Of a stretch of DNA of 64,000 bases, positions 26,614 through 37,200 are shown in pieces; positions within the stretch are counted from its first letter, which is position 1; every line of letters starts with the position of its first letter. The stretch lies in IMG/VR virus record IMGVR_UViG_3300031823_000002, positions 57,080-121,079 of that record. One strand, 5' to 3'. A model generated the notes under the pieces. It was not told the origin of the DNA and did not search any database. It saw only the letters and a list, made by a program, of their open reading frames with translations. The stretch is from a virus. Its lineage: Duplodnaviria; Caudoviricetes. The position numbers and the translations under genes were made by a program.

Positions 26614-29555
26614 AATGGCTGCTAGCAGCGCTTCTATCCCTGTTGTCGTTTCCTCTGGTGCGGGCGCAGACGCAGAGCGCTCTCCCGGTCATCGGCTTCT
26701 GCGTGAATGGCGCGAAGCCCGCCATCACCAGCGGGCTGGCCTCCAGTAACTTCAATCAAAATTTAATTCCGAAATGTACGGTATCTGTATTTTTGGCCGG
26801 GACCACCTCCCCGGCCACGATCTACGCTGATCCAAGTCAAACTCCACTCACGAACCCGTTCACCGCCAACCAAGATGCTTCGTGGCAATTTTACGTAGCG
26901 CCAAGTGCTCCGGGTCAGGCTTACGACATTACTCTTTCAGGCGGCATTCCGCCGAATACTTACACTTCGCCACGAACGCTGGTGAACTGGCTCCCCGTGG
27001 GTGGCGGCGGCGGCGGAGGTGGCGGGGGCGGTCCAACCGTTCCCATGAACCTGATGGCGTTCGGTGCAGTGCCGGATGAACGCGATATCTATGATGCCGG
27101 GGTTTCGGGAGCAGCACTTACTTCGAACACGGCCCAATTTACGCCCTTGGACAACAAGCGTATCTTCCTAGTTCCCGATGGAGCGCAGGGCGTGCTCTAT
27201 GCGACCTATGTCTCTGGGGGAACGCCAACGGGAACCACCGGACAGACCTGTGCAGTCACCGGCTTCAATGGCGGCGGCTCCAACACGTCGGGCGTGATCT
27301 ATCTCAATGGCACAAACACCTTCGCTGCCAATGCCACCATCTACACCAGCCCAAGCTACGGAACCGGGTTCACCAGCGCACCCACTTCCGCCACGCTGAG
27401 CGCGGGTGGTCCGAATCCCGCTACGTCCTGTTCAGGCGCGATCACAATTACCTCGACCATGGTCACTTATCCGATGCTGACCACGGCAACTTATGTCAAC
27501 GCAACCACGATGGCATTGGCAGCACCGGCCACGACGAATGGCACAAATCTGCACGTGAGCATCGGAACCGACAACGCGGGGGCAATTCACAACTGGATCA
27601 CTGCCTGCCAAGCGGCTGCACAGTCCGTATCCTGCTACGCACCCGCTGGTCAGTATCTAACGACACAGACAGCAACGGTCACGCATCCGATACGCCTTCA
27701 GGGTGACGGGGCATATGCGCAATTTGGCTCTGGATCGACCTTCAGCCAATTCTATCCGGTGACGCCTCCATTCCTGACGGGGTCGATCTTTGTGGAAGCT
27801 GGTTTAGGCATTGACGCCTTCGATATCGATTCGCAGGCTGCTGCGGTAAACATCTTCGATATCGGTGTACGCTTTGCCCCTGCCATTGCTTTCTGGAATA
27901 CAGGGCACGGCTTTAACTCTTCGCCATCGGCTACCTTCGGCGGCTTCCCGGTTTGGGGTGTGATGAGCTTCTCGTGGGAGCGCGATTCGGTCTGGGGGCA
28001 GGATGGCAATCACTATGCATGGATGATCACCAACTCTGAAGCGGGAAGGCTGATCGGCCTTAGCTCGTGGGGCGGCGGTGGTTTGTTCTGGACTGCGAAT
28101 ACAAATCAATGCTGTCCCGGCAATTCGACCGTCGATCAATTTGTAGCGGGAGTCGGCGTGGGTGGTGCGGCTGGCACGACTCCGACAGGCGGTGCTGGCG
28201 GTATCGTGCTCTATAACCAGCCGACCACGTCTGCGAATAATAACCTGATGTGGATCATGCGCCCGAACATCGGCGTCTATCCGATTACCGGCTTCTCCCC
28301 GGCTGGGAACGTCGTCCTGAGCTTCAATCTGCCTCCAGTATCGCCATCGCAGCCGCAATATTACCTCGACGACAATCAAAGAAATATCTATATGGCGGCG
28401 ACTGACTTCGAAGGCAGCGCTGGTGGCGGATCACGCTTTCCTGTGCGGCCTTACGACTTCGCCATCTTTGGAGAAAGTACCGGCTTTAGTTTCATTCCGC
28501 TGCAATTTGCGATTGCCCCGAACACTCTGAACGGGGCAGCGTATGCCTACAATGCAAATCATCACAGCCCTACGGTTCCCATCATGCAGGTTGGAGATAC
28601 CGGCAGAGGAATTGGAACCAACTTCGAACTCGGACTCCTGCAACCTTTAGCAGGCCCGACCAGCGTACAGGGATTAGGGATCGGGCAGAGTCTTGCGCGA
28701 GGAGATTCGCTTGCGCTGCTCTTCAATTACGAAGGCGACAACTCACCGAATAGCTGGATTCAGTTGGGCATCTATGACGATAGTCCTCTGCTCATTTCGC
28801 CTGCGGGATGGCTGGGGATTATGACTGGCCCTCCCTCAACTACAGCGTTGCCGACTACGCCTCTTCAGGTGGGCACGAACGCAGGGAACCCGATCCCGGC
28901 GAATACAACCGCTGCGAGATTCTATGCCAACAACTCATCGATCAGCACTCCGGTTGTCGGGGTAGAGACGGATTCGGTGATCAATGCTCCAGCGGTCTTA
29001 GAAACATTTCTGGCCCCGGATGCTTCACCCTCAGCGGGCGCATTTCCTTTTACCTGTACCGGCGTGGATATTGCTACAGCCGGGGACTGCCTGATCTTTG
29101 GCATACACTACGTCGGCCCCGGAGACCCCGGAAACTATGGCGATATTCATCTGTTTAACAGCCCCGGCGACATCGTTATCGATTCATCTGGGCATGTCGG
29201 GATCAACACCGGGGAAACACCATTGACCTACACGATGAGCGTGAATGGCCCTCTCGAATTTGGTCAGCTTGTGAGCGGAGGACACCCGAGTATCACGGGT
29301 TGCAACCTCAATAGCGCAGTCGGCACTCAGGTAGCAGGCACGTTCGCTTCCGGGACTTCCGGAACATGCACGGTCACGGTCACTCTGAGTATCGCAGCGC
29401 CCAACGGATGGTCGTGTGGCAGGCCCAGCGACTTGACGACGCCAGCGGATACATCAAGCTGGCAGCAGACAGCCACCACAACCACAACGGCAACACTGGC
29501 AGGAACCACGGCCTTAGGAGACGACATGATCTGGGGACCGTGCGTGGCGTATTAA
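26610..29555 (+). CDS. tailspike/depolymerase-like protein 1 with signal-peptide-like N-terminus
   Basis: GTG start after GAGG; MKWLLAALLSLLSFPLVRA|Q; IYADP..TPLTNPFTAN; FGAVPD...TDNAGAI...YAPAGQY beta-helix entry pattern. Confidence 0.65.
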   Translation: MKWLLAALLSLLSFPLVRAQTQSALPVIGFCVNGAKPAITSGLASSNFNQNLIPKCTVSVFLAGTTSPATIYADPSQTPLTNPFTANQDASWQFYVAPSAPGQAYDITLSGGIPPNTYTSPRTLVNWLPVGGGGGGGGGGGPTVPMNLMAFGAVPDERDIYDAGVSGAALTSNTAQFTPLDNKRIFLVPDGAQGVLYATYVSGGTPTGTTGQTCAVTGFNGGGSNTSGVIYLNGTNTFAANATIYTSPSYGTGFTSAPTSATLSAGGPNPATSCSGAITITSTMVTYPMLTTATYVNATTMALAAPATTNGTNLHVSIGTDNAGAIHNWITACQAAAQSVSCYAPAGQYLTTQTATVTHPIRLQGDGAYAQFGSGSTFSQFYPVTPPFLTGSIFVEAGLGIDAFDIDSQAAAVNIFDIGVRFAPAIAFWNTGHGFNSSPSATFGGFPVWGVMSFSWERDSVWGQDGNHYAWMITNSEAGRLIGLSSWGGGGLFWTANTNQCCPGNSTVDQFVAGVGVGGAAGTTPTGGAGGIVLYNQPTTSANNNLMWIMRPNIGVYPITGFSPAGNVVLSFNLPPVSPSQPQYYLDDNQRNIYMAATDFEGSAGGGSRFPVRPYDFAIFGESTGFSFIPLQFAIAPNTLNGAAYAYNANHHSPTVPIMQVGDTGRGIGTNFELGLLQPLAGPTSVQGLGIGQSLARGDSLALLFNYEGDNSPNSWIQLGIYDDSPLLISPAGWLGIMTGPPSTTALPTTPLQVGTNAGNPIPANTTAARFYANNSSISTPVVGVETDSVINAPAVLETFLAPDASPSAGAFPFTCTGVDIATAGDCLIFGIHYVGPGDPGNYGDIHLFNSPGDIVIDSSGHVGINTGETPLTYTMSVNGPLEFGQLVSGGHPSITGCNLNSAVGTQVAGTFASGTSGTCTVTVTLSIAAPNGWSCGRPSDLTTPADTSSWQQTATTTTTATLAGTTALGDDMIWGPCVAY

Positions 29556-29567
29556 CGGGGATTTTGT

Positions 29568-32144
29568 ATGACAAAAGAAGCTGTCGCGAATTGGTTGAGA
29601 GTCGTACTTTTATTGCTGTTCCTGTCTCCAATACTGGTGCAGGCGCAGACGCCGCCGAGCGTTCTCCCTCTCTCCGGTTACTGCATCAACGGCTCGAAAC
29701 CTTCCATCACCAGCGGTCTGCCTTCCAGCAACTTCAACCAGAATTTAATTCCAAAATGTACAGTGGCAGTATTTTTAACTGGGACCACAACTCTGGCCAC
29801 CATCTACGCTGATCCGAACCAGACTCCACTCACCAACCCGTTTACCGCTAATCAGGACGGGTCGTGGAAATTTTATGTGACTCCGGCGACGCCGGGTGAG
29901 ACCTATGACGTGACTCTCTCCGGTGGCACTGCGCCGAATACTTACAGTCCATCGCGCACTCTGGCTGGTATGTATTCCCCACTGAATCGCGCAGGTGACC
30001 AAGCGACCGGGCCGCTCTACTTTATGAACACCGGTTACGCACCGGATGGGTTGATCGATCTACGCTCAAAACAATGCGGCGCAGTGGGAAATTTCGTCTC
30101 ACTCACACCAACAGCCACCATTACTCTCGCCACTCCGACGACTCTGACTTTAAGCTCTGCCATCTTGACCCCGGCAGTGACAGGGCAAACCGTAGTGGTT
30201 CACGGCGCAGGAGCTTCGGGTGGGCCGCTTATCTCAACGATCACCTACGTAAGCCCGAACAGCGCCACGCTGACCACCGCCGCACAGACCGCCGTTTCCA
30301 ACGCATTCCTCGGGATGGGGACCGATGACAGCACAGCCGTTCAAAGATGCACGACCGCAGCGGGCCAGCAGTCTAAAGGCGTAAAAGTATCAACCTCTGC
30401 AACTCCAAACGGCTGCTATCTGGTAACGAAGTCTATCGACGCGGGCATGCTAGGAGGGTTTTACTATGTGGGCGATTCGCCGACATGGGGATTCGGTCGC
30501 TCCACGATCTGCCACGCGCTCACTGAGCCATATCCGGTATTGGACTTCACCGGCTCGTCCCGCAGCGGGCTGAACAATGTGAATGTAGGAGCAGTCGGCG
30601 GTGATCCCTCTAACTCGCTGGCGACCTTCGGGTATCTTCAAGCACCGGCAGTAGGGGGAAATTCTCCCCTAGTCGCACGACTGCTGGGAAGCACTATACA
30701 GGCAGGAAATACTCCCGGCTCAGGGGCATGCGGGATAGCAGGCGGCTTTGACCTAATCGCCCTAGTCAACACGCAATGCAGCAGCAACTATGTGGGCGCA
30801 GTGCTGGGCAACGGATTCGGAACGACGACTCCAACCTCAAAATTCCACACGATTGGTCCGGGCTACGGAGCCACGCTCATCCAGATCATGAACTCATCCA
30901 TCATGGGTTCGCTGGACTCGCCGCTGGAACTGGAAGGCTCATCCGCTTGGGACGTTGGCTCAAACACATATGTCACAACCGTCAAGCCTATAAACAACAC
31001 CGGCACGTGGTCGAATGGCGCGATCATTCGCGTGGATCAGCCGGGAAACTATGAACAAAATCGGCTAACCATGCACGCTCTACGCACGGAAAACCAAGCC
31101 GGGTGGCCGGGGATGACTTCCCTGATGCTGAACGCTTACGGCTTGAAAGAGTGTTCGATTGAAGCGAGCCTTAACAGCAACCCGAATGGCTACGCGATTG
31201 GCGGGGGACCGAACGCGCAGATTGGTTTCTGCTCGATCAACGTCGATACGAACAATTCCACTGCCTTCAATCTTCCGGGAGGAATGATCAATTCCACGGT
31301 GAGGTTGAGTTATGGAGAGGGCAGTTTCGGCACCATCGGCCCCGGAGGACAAGGCTTTACCGGGAATTCGATCTATAGCTGGTTCACGTTTGCTCAGGTG
31401 GTGGCGGGCCTGTCACCGGTTCATCAGTCGAACATGATATGCACTGTCGCCAGTGGGGGAGGCGCTTGCCAGTGGGATGGCGGCTTCCAGATGACGGGAG
31501 GACTGATTGCAGGGGGCGACATTACTACCGCAGGCGGACTTTCTACAGTTGGCAATGTGCTCATCGCGGGTGTAGTGGGCGCGGGCATGATGTCGAATCT
31601 GGTGCGCAATTCATATGACTTGTCCCAACCGAACTGGGTAGTCACGACAGGCACTTGCACCGTCGCCAGCGGATGCATGACGCTCAACCAGCCAGACGGA
31701 TTCGGCACCAATACCGCTGTAGAGATCACGACCACAGCGCCGGTAACGTTTGAAGATACCAACACCGCGAACCCGCTGAACAGTGCCTATACCTATCTTG
31801 CCTGCGCTCACCTGAAAGGCGCGACCGGGACGGAGACGGTGGCTGTCAACGCTTTTGAATTGGGCATCGCGTTCAATCTGACACCGACTTGGGCATGGTA
31901 TTGCTCACGAGACTCGCGGTCCATTAACTATCAGGCCGTTTTTAACCTTGGGGTGAACGCGGCAGCGGGCGAAAAGATTTGGGTCGATGCAATGCTCACC
32001 GTTTTCTACGACACGACATTTCGTGGAAATTCAGTCCCGTGGACAGGAGCCACGCCCGCTTACTATCCGACGGGAGCGGTTGCGCAGTCTACAGGCATAC
32101 CCGCTGTCGTGGCCGGAAATAGTGTGCTGAGCGCGAGTCACTAA
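29568..32144 (+). CDS. tailspike/depolymerase-like protein 2 with signal-peptide-like N-terminus
   Basis: N-terminal ~125 aa paralogous to protein 1; GAVGN...GTDDSTAVQ pattern; C-terminal CBM-like NLVRNSYDL..W. Confidence 0.65.
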   Translation: MTKEAVANWLRVVLLLLFLSPILVQAQTPPSVLPLSGYCINGSKPSITSGLPSSNFNQNLIPKCTVAVFLTGTTTLATIYADPNQTPLTNPFTANQDGSWKFYVTPATPGETYDVTLSGGTAPNTYSPSRTLAGMYSPLNRAGDQATGPLYFMNTGYAPDGLIDLRSKQCGAVGNFVSLTPTATITLATPTTLTLSSAILTPAVTGQTVVVHGAGASGGPLISTITYVSPNSATLTTAAQTAVSNAFLGMGTDDSTAVQRCTTAAGQQSKGVKVSTSATPNGCYLVTKSIDAGMLGGFYYVGDSPTWGFGRSTICHALTEPYPVLDFTGSSRSGLNNVNVGAVGGDPSNSLATFGYLQAPAVGGNSPLVARLLGSTIQAGNTPGSGACGIAGGFDLIALVNTQCSSNYVGAVLGNGFGTTTPTSKFHTIGPGYGATLIQIMNSSIMGSLDSPLELEGSSAWDVGSNTYVTTVKPINNTGTWSNGAIIRVDQPGNYEQNRLTMHALRTENQAGWPGMTSLMLNAYGLKECSIEASLNSNPNGYAIGGGPNAQIGFCSINVDTNNSTAFNLPGGMINSTVRLSYGEGSFGTIGPGGQGFTGNSIYSWFTFAQVVAGLSPVHQSNMICTVASGGGACQWDGGFQMTGGLIAGGDITTAGGLSTVGNVLIAGVVGAGMMSNLVRNSYDLSQPNWVVTTGTCTVASGCMTLNQPDGFGTNTAVEITTTAPVTFEDTNTANPLNSAYTYLACAHLKGATGTETVAVNAFELGIAFNLTPTWAWYCSRDSRSINYQAVFNLGVNAAAGEKIWVDAMLTVFYDTTFRGNSVPWTGATPAYYPTGAVAQSTGIPAVVAGNSVLSASH

Positions 32145-32179
32145 AGTGAGCGAATTTTATTTTTGTGCGGAGGTGAAGA

Positions 32180-32434
32180 ATGGCGGCACTTACCACAAAG
32201 CAGCGTAACCGGCTTCCGAGCAAAGTCTTCGCTCTGCCGGGGCGGCACTATCCGCTTGATACCGCCAATCGCGCCCGCAGCGCGTTGTCCCGTATTTCCG
32301 CACACGGTACGCCGCAGCAGAAAGCTATCGTGCGCAGGAAAGTGCATGCGCGTTATCCGGGCATCGCGGTGAGCGGGCTACAGAAGGGCAACAGAAAACA
32401 TGGACAGCGCAAGCGCGTCAGCGCACGGAGGTGA
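32180..32434 (+). CDS. small basic phage protein
   Basis: GGAGG SD; LTTKQRNRLPSKVFALPGRHYPLDTANRARSALSR is a recurrent phage motif. Confidence 0.75.
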   Translation: MAALTTKQRNRLPSKVFALPGRHYPLDTANRARSALSRISAHGTPQQKAIVRRKVHARYPGIAVSGLQKGNRKHGQRKRVSARR

Positions 32435-32640
32435 ATGTGGCTAGCAACGAAGTGAATGTAAACAATCAGGAGTCGGTGTCATGGGATACCGATCCCGACA
32501 GACGGGGAGGGAGCCGCGATCCGCAGCATTCGCCTAGCCCCGGCACCAAGCGTCTCAGGATAGTGACCAGCGTCGATCCGACCGTCGCGGCCAGACCGAA
32601 GCTGAAGTACACCAAGAAACCTCCCTACAAGCGGGATTGA
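32431..32640 (+). CDS. hypothetical protein
   Basis: coupled ORF with GGAGG SD. Confidence 0.5.
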   Translation: MNVASNEVNVNNQESVSWDTDPDRRGGSRDPQHSPSPGTKRLRIVTSVDPTVAARPKLKYTKKPPYKRD

Positions 32641-32653
32641 AAGGCGGCAGACC

Positions 32654-32947
32654 ATGGCAAGGAAGAAGAAAGGTGCGAGCGTGATGCAGAGTCAGCCCGC
32701 CTCGATTGGTGGCGGCAGCGACCGGATGAGCACGGACATCTCCTCGGCGGAGAACGGATTCATCGTCAATGTTTCCGGCGAAACAGGCGGGAAGACTCCC
32801 AGCTACTTCAGTAAACGGTTCATTGCCACCAGCCGTCCGGCAGCGCTGCGGATCGCGAATCACCACATGGCCGGTGCCGGTTCCGCGAAGGGCAAAGGTG
32901 GCAGGAAGAAGGGCAGAGGCGGCTTGCTCAAAAAGAGTCTGGCCTAG
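32654..32947 (+). CDS. small basic protein
   Basis: K/R-rich termini. Confidence 0.65.
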   Translation: MARKKKGASVMQSQPASIGGGSDRMSTDISSAENGFIVNVSGETGGKTPSYFSKRFIATSRPAALRIANHHMAGAGSAKGKGGRKKGRGGLLKKSLA

Positions 32948-32965
32948 CCTCGCTGGTGCGTAGCG

Positions 32966-34288
32966 ATGCCGAACTATCAGTGGATTAATTTCGTCACGGG
33001 CCGGGGTGAGCTAGCTCAGCGGCTGTACGACGAGAACAAGGTCTGGACGACCGATCCGGAGTTGGGGATTTATATCCAGCAGGCGCTGCGCATGTTCAAT
33101 GCGCTGACCTACACATGGAAAGTGGATTATGTCTTCAATCCCAGCACGCTGTGGAATTCGCTGGGCACACTGCCAGATTCACCGCGAGTGCGCACGCTGA
33201 CCGATACCGACTGCTATACGCAGATGGAGTACATGCTCTTGGAGCCGCCTTCAGGTGGCTTTTGGACCGGCACTCCGCAATTCGCTATCGCTGATTTCGC
33301 GCAGGCGCTGCAAGGACGCAGAGATGAAGTGTTGCAGGTATCGAACTGCAACCAGCAACTCATGGCGAACATCGCGCTGACGCCGGGTACGCGGCGCACC
33401 GTGCTGTCTGACAATGTGATCGAAGTCGCCAGAGTGCGCTATCTACCGATCCCGTCATTAGGATCACCAGCCACGCTCTTCCGCGACGACACCGTTGCGC
33501 AGGAGTTTTACGAATACGGCTTCATGCAGGCGCAGCCGAATACACCGCAGACGTTCATGCTTTCGTCCGAGCCGCCGCTGTCTTGGGATGTCGATATCCC
33601 GCCCAATCTGCCGGGAACGTACGAGGCCGTTACCCTCCTGTCGGGTCAGGCATTCGTTCCACCAGCAAGTACGCCGCTGAATATTCCTGACGACTTCATG
33701 TGGATGCTGATCTGGGGAGCGATGTCCGACCTGCTGGGCCGGGAGTCGGAAGCGGTAGACAGGCAACGCGCCGACTACTGTCTGAAGCGCTACTTGGACG
33801 GGATGAAGTTAATGCTCAAGTCGCCATGGATCATGCTGGCGAATGTTACAGGCGTGCCTGTGACCACGCAATCCATCGTGGCGGCTGATCGTTATACGCC
33901 GGAGTGGGATTCCAGCCCGACGACCTTCGGCCCCTTCATCGTGACGGGTGGCATCGATTTCTTTGCCTCGCCGCAGGGCACCAGTATCGGTTTAACCGTG
34001 TTAGGAAATGCGCCTGTACCGGTCGCGGATACCGATTTTATTCAGGTGTCGCGCAGCAACTGGAACACCATCCTTGATCTGGCGCAGTGCTTCGCCTGCT
34101 TCAAGATGGGCGGCGAAGAATTTCAAGCAGCACTGGAACTGGAAGCGCGGGCGGTACAGGCGTGCGCTGCGGAGAACTCGCGGCTGAAGAGCACGGGAGC
34201 CTTCGCCGACATTCTGGTCCAGCGCGGTCTGATGCAAGAGGTCGATCAGGAGCGGTACGCAACGGCAGCACCGGCTCCGACGAGGTAG
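32966..34288 (+). CDS. tail adaptor/tubular protein (putative)
   Basis: WTT.PEL..YI..AL N-terminus, IPDDF...LIWGA motif; synteny. Confidence 0.55.
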   Translation: MPNYQWINFVTGRGELAQRLYDENKVWTTDPELGIYIQQALRMFNALTYTWKVDYVFNPSTLWNSLGTLPDSPRVRTLTDTDCYTQMEYMLLEPPSGGFWTGTPQFAIADFAQALQGRRDEVLQVSNCNQQLMANIALTPGTRRTVLSDNVIEVARVRYLPIPSLGSPATLFRDDTVAQEFYEYGFMQAQPNTPQTFMLSSEPPLSWDVDIPPNLPGTYEAVTLLSGQAFVPPASTPLNIPDDFMWMLIWGAMSDLLGRESEAVDRQRADYCLKRYLDGMKLMLKSPWIMLANVTGVPVTTQSIVAADRYTPEWDSSPTTFGPFIVTGGIDFFASPQGTSIGLTVLGNAPVPVADTDFIQVSRSNWNTILDLAQCFACFKMGGEEFQAALELEARAVQACAAENSRLKSTGAFADILVQRGLMQEVDQERYATAAPAPTR

Positions 34289-34297
34289 CGAGGGTCT

Positions 34298-37200
34298 ATG
34301 CCTCCACAAAATTACGGACGGGACAAAAACGGCGCTCGCTTCGATCTGATCAGCGGCATGACCACGATGATCCCCGCAGATTTAATACAGCAAGGGCAGG
34401 GGTTCCCCTATCTTCAGAACGTAAGGCGCAATCTTGCCGGACGTACCGTCTCACGGCCTACCCTCTCTGGCAATTTTCTTACCGGCACCATCTTACCGCC
34501 CACCTCCATGATTCTCATGGACGACCCTTATATGGTGACGCCGCCAGCGCTGGGGCCGACTACGTATGTGCTCGTCCTCGGCGCGTCGGGATTTTTGTAT
34601 GTCAACACGACGCAGTTAGTGTCCGGGCTGACCGGCCTGCCGCTGAGCTTCATCATCTTCGGGCCGAACACTACGCCGCAGCCATGGTGCTATGTAGCCG
34701 ATGGGTCCATGGCGGTCACCATCCCGAATTATCCGGCCACGATTTATGGGAACCCTATTGCCGGAATGGTGAAGGTGCGTTCCGACAAGACTGTCTACAA
34801 GACGGGGATCGCGGAGCCGCAGGTTGCGCCGAATGTCACACTGACCCAAGGGGCGGGTCCGAACTGGACGATCTATCGGTACGTCTACCGCTCCTCCGTC
34901 ACAGGAGCTATTTCCAATCCGTCTCCGGAATCCGGAGCGCTGGTGGCGGAGCAAGGTACGGATATCGGTGGTCCGGTCAATGCAACAGCTACCGGGGTCA
35001 CGTACAACGCCTCTCAGTATGAGCCGAATCCAGAAGATGCCGATCAGCTTCGAACCAGCGGGAATGTGGGTGGAGGCGTCCTGACGGATTTCATCATCGT
35101 GACCGGCTTCGGCCTAGACGTTCCGGAGAATGTGCCCATCCAAGGCGTGACTGTTTCGATGAATTGGTATGGACAGAACGCCGGAGCGGGCCTGCTGTTC
35201 AATGTGTCCCTCTACTATCAGGGCAATCAGTTTGGGACACCGAAATCTCCGGGCATATCCAACACTGGGCCGGATGACACAACGGCCACCACGACGCAGG
35301 GAAGCAACATTGATAGCTGGGGCGCAACTCTGAGTCCGGGAGTGGTCAACGATCCCACCTTTGGCTTCGGCGTGCAGATCGAGGCGGTCGTTGCCGACAG
35401 CACAAACAGGTCGTTCATCAACAGCTTCACGATCACGGTGTACTACGCCGACCAGAATGCCACGGTCACTGCAACTTCTTCTCCTGACCCGCAGGTGGAT
35501 AAGATCGACTTCTACCGCAGCGATCCGGGCTTGGATGACTTCACCTACGTAGGGACGATTTTAAATAGTGGCGCTGCGGCTGGACTGAGCGACACTCTGA
35601 GCGATCTGGCGGTTGCCGCCAATCCCACCTTGGAGTTCGATAACTACGAGCCGTTCCCATCTATCGACCTGCCGCGTTCGGGAATCTGTAATGTGGCGGC
35701 AGTGAGTCAGTTTGTGAGCGGCGTCCAGATCGCCTCTCCGGGCAGCGGGCAGATAGATGGAACCTACACAATCCCGGCAACCGGTGGTGGCGGGACAGGA
35801 GCGACGGTCCAGATCACGATTCTAGGCGGAGTCATCACAACAGCCGCAGTACACACTGCTGGTTCCGACTACACCTCAACGCCGACATTCCTAGTCCCGA
35901 CGACTACCGGCACGACGGGAACTCTGGCCGCTAGCATTAGCCCGGTCAATCCGGGAGCACCGAACGTAACGTGGGTATCAGGGGATCACTTCAATGTGCG
36001 CTGGCTCCCCGGCGATATCCTTCTTCTGGGCGGTTATCCCGGCTCCACGCAACAGATTGCTTGGACGCTCTACGCCCGCCCTATCTCGACGACGCAGTTG
36101 CAGGTGTATCAAAGCATCATTGATCCAACCACCGGCATCCCCAGCTTCAATTTTCCTGCGGCAGGAAGCAACCTGACCTTTGAGATCAGCGCAGCGACAC
36201 TGGCAGCGCAACCCAGTCCTGTCATCTGGGGGCCGACGCCGGAAAATCAGGGATCATTTTATTTCGGCGTGGACCTGCTGAATCCCGGTGATCTTGTGTG
36301 GTCGAAGGGAAATAATTTCGACTCCGCTCCCGACACCAACCGCATGATCGTTACTTCGCCTTCTGAAGTGCTGATGAATGGAACGATCACGTCGGAGCTG
36401 AGCACGGTGTTCTCGACCGAACGCTTCTGGCTCATTTATCCGAACTTCGCCAACGCCATTGCCACCGTGACCGGGACAACAGGCCCGCAGTGGACGCTAA
36501 CGCAGGCGCAGGCAAAGCGTGGGCTGTATATGCGCTATGCGATTTTCGCTCTTGGTTCGATGATTGCGTACCGAGCGAAGGATTGCATTGCGGTGTCGAT
36601 GGGCGGAGGCCCGGAAGAATCGATCACCGACGCTATCTATAACCTGTTTCCCCATGGTGGAGCCGTCCCTCAGCCGGTCGTGATCGCCGGGATTACCGTG
36701 TATCCGCCCGATGACACCAAGCCAGCGGCACAGACCATCACCATGACGCCGAGTTACCTGTTTTATAACTACCAAGATACGACCGGCACGCCAAGGACAT
36801 TGGTCTACGACCTTGAAGCGAAGGGCTGGAGCGTAGACGTTTACACTCCGACCGTCAATTGCCATCTATCCACTGTAGCCGGATCGAATGCCCGACTTCT
36901 GACCGGCTGTTCCGATGGCACTGTGCGCGTGATCGGCGAAGGTCTGCCCACTACGGAGACAGGTACGTCGATCCTCCTGACCCGCGCAGAAAATGGTGGT
37001 GATGCACGAGCGCTGAAGCGCATAGGAGACATATTTTTTAAGGCGGAGCTTTTCTCCAGCGCCCCGGTAAGTTTGCAGTTCTGGGAGTCACAGTTTGTAC
37101 GGCAAATTGCGTCAGGGTTTGCTCCGACCACTCTCACTGGAACGACGGGCATTGTGACGTATTACACCGTCGATTTCACATCGGGCCTTGCTTTCGACGT

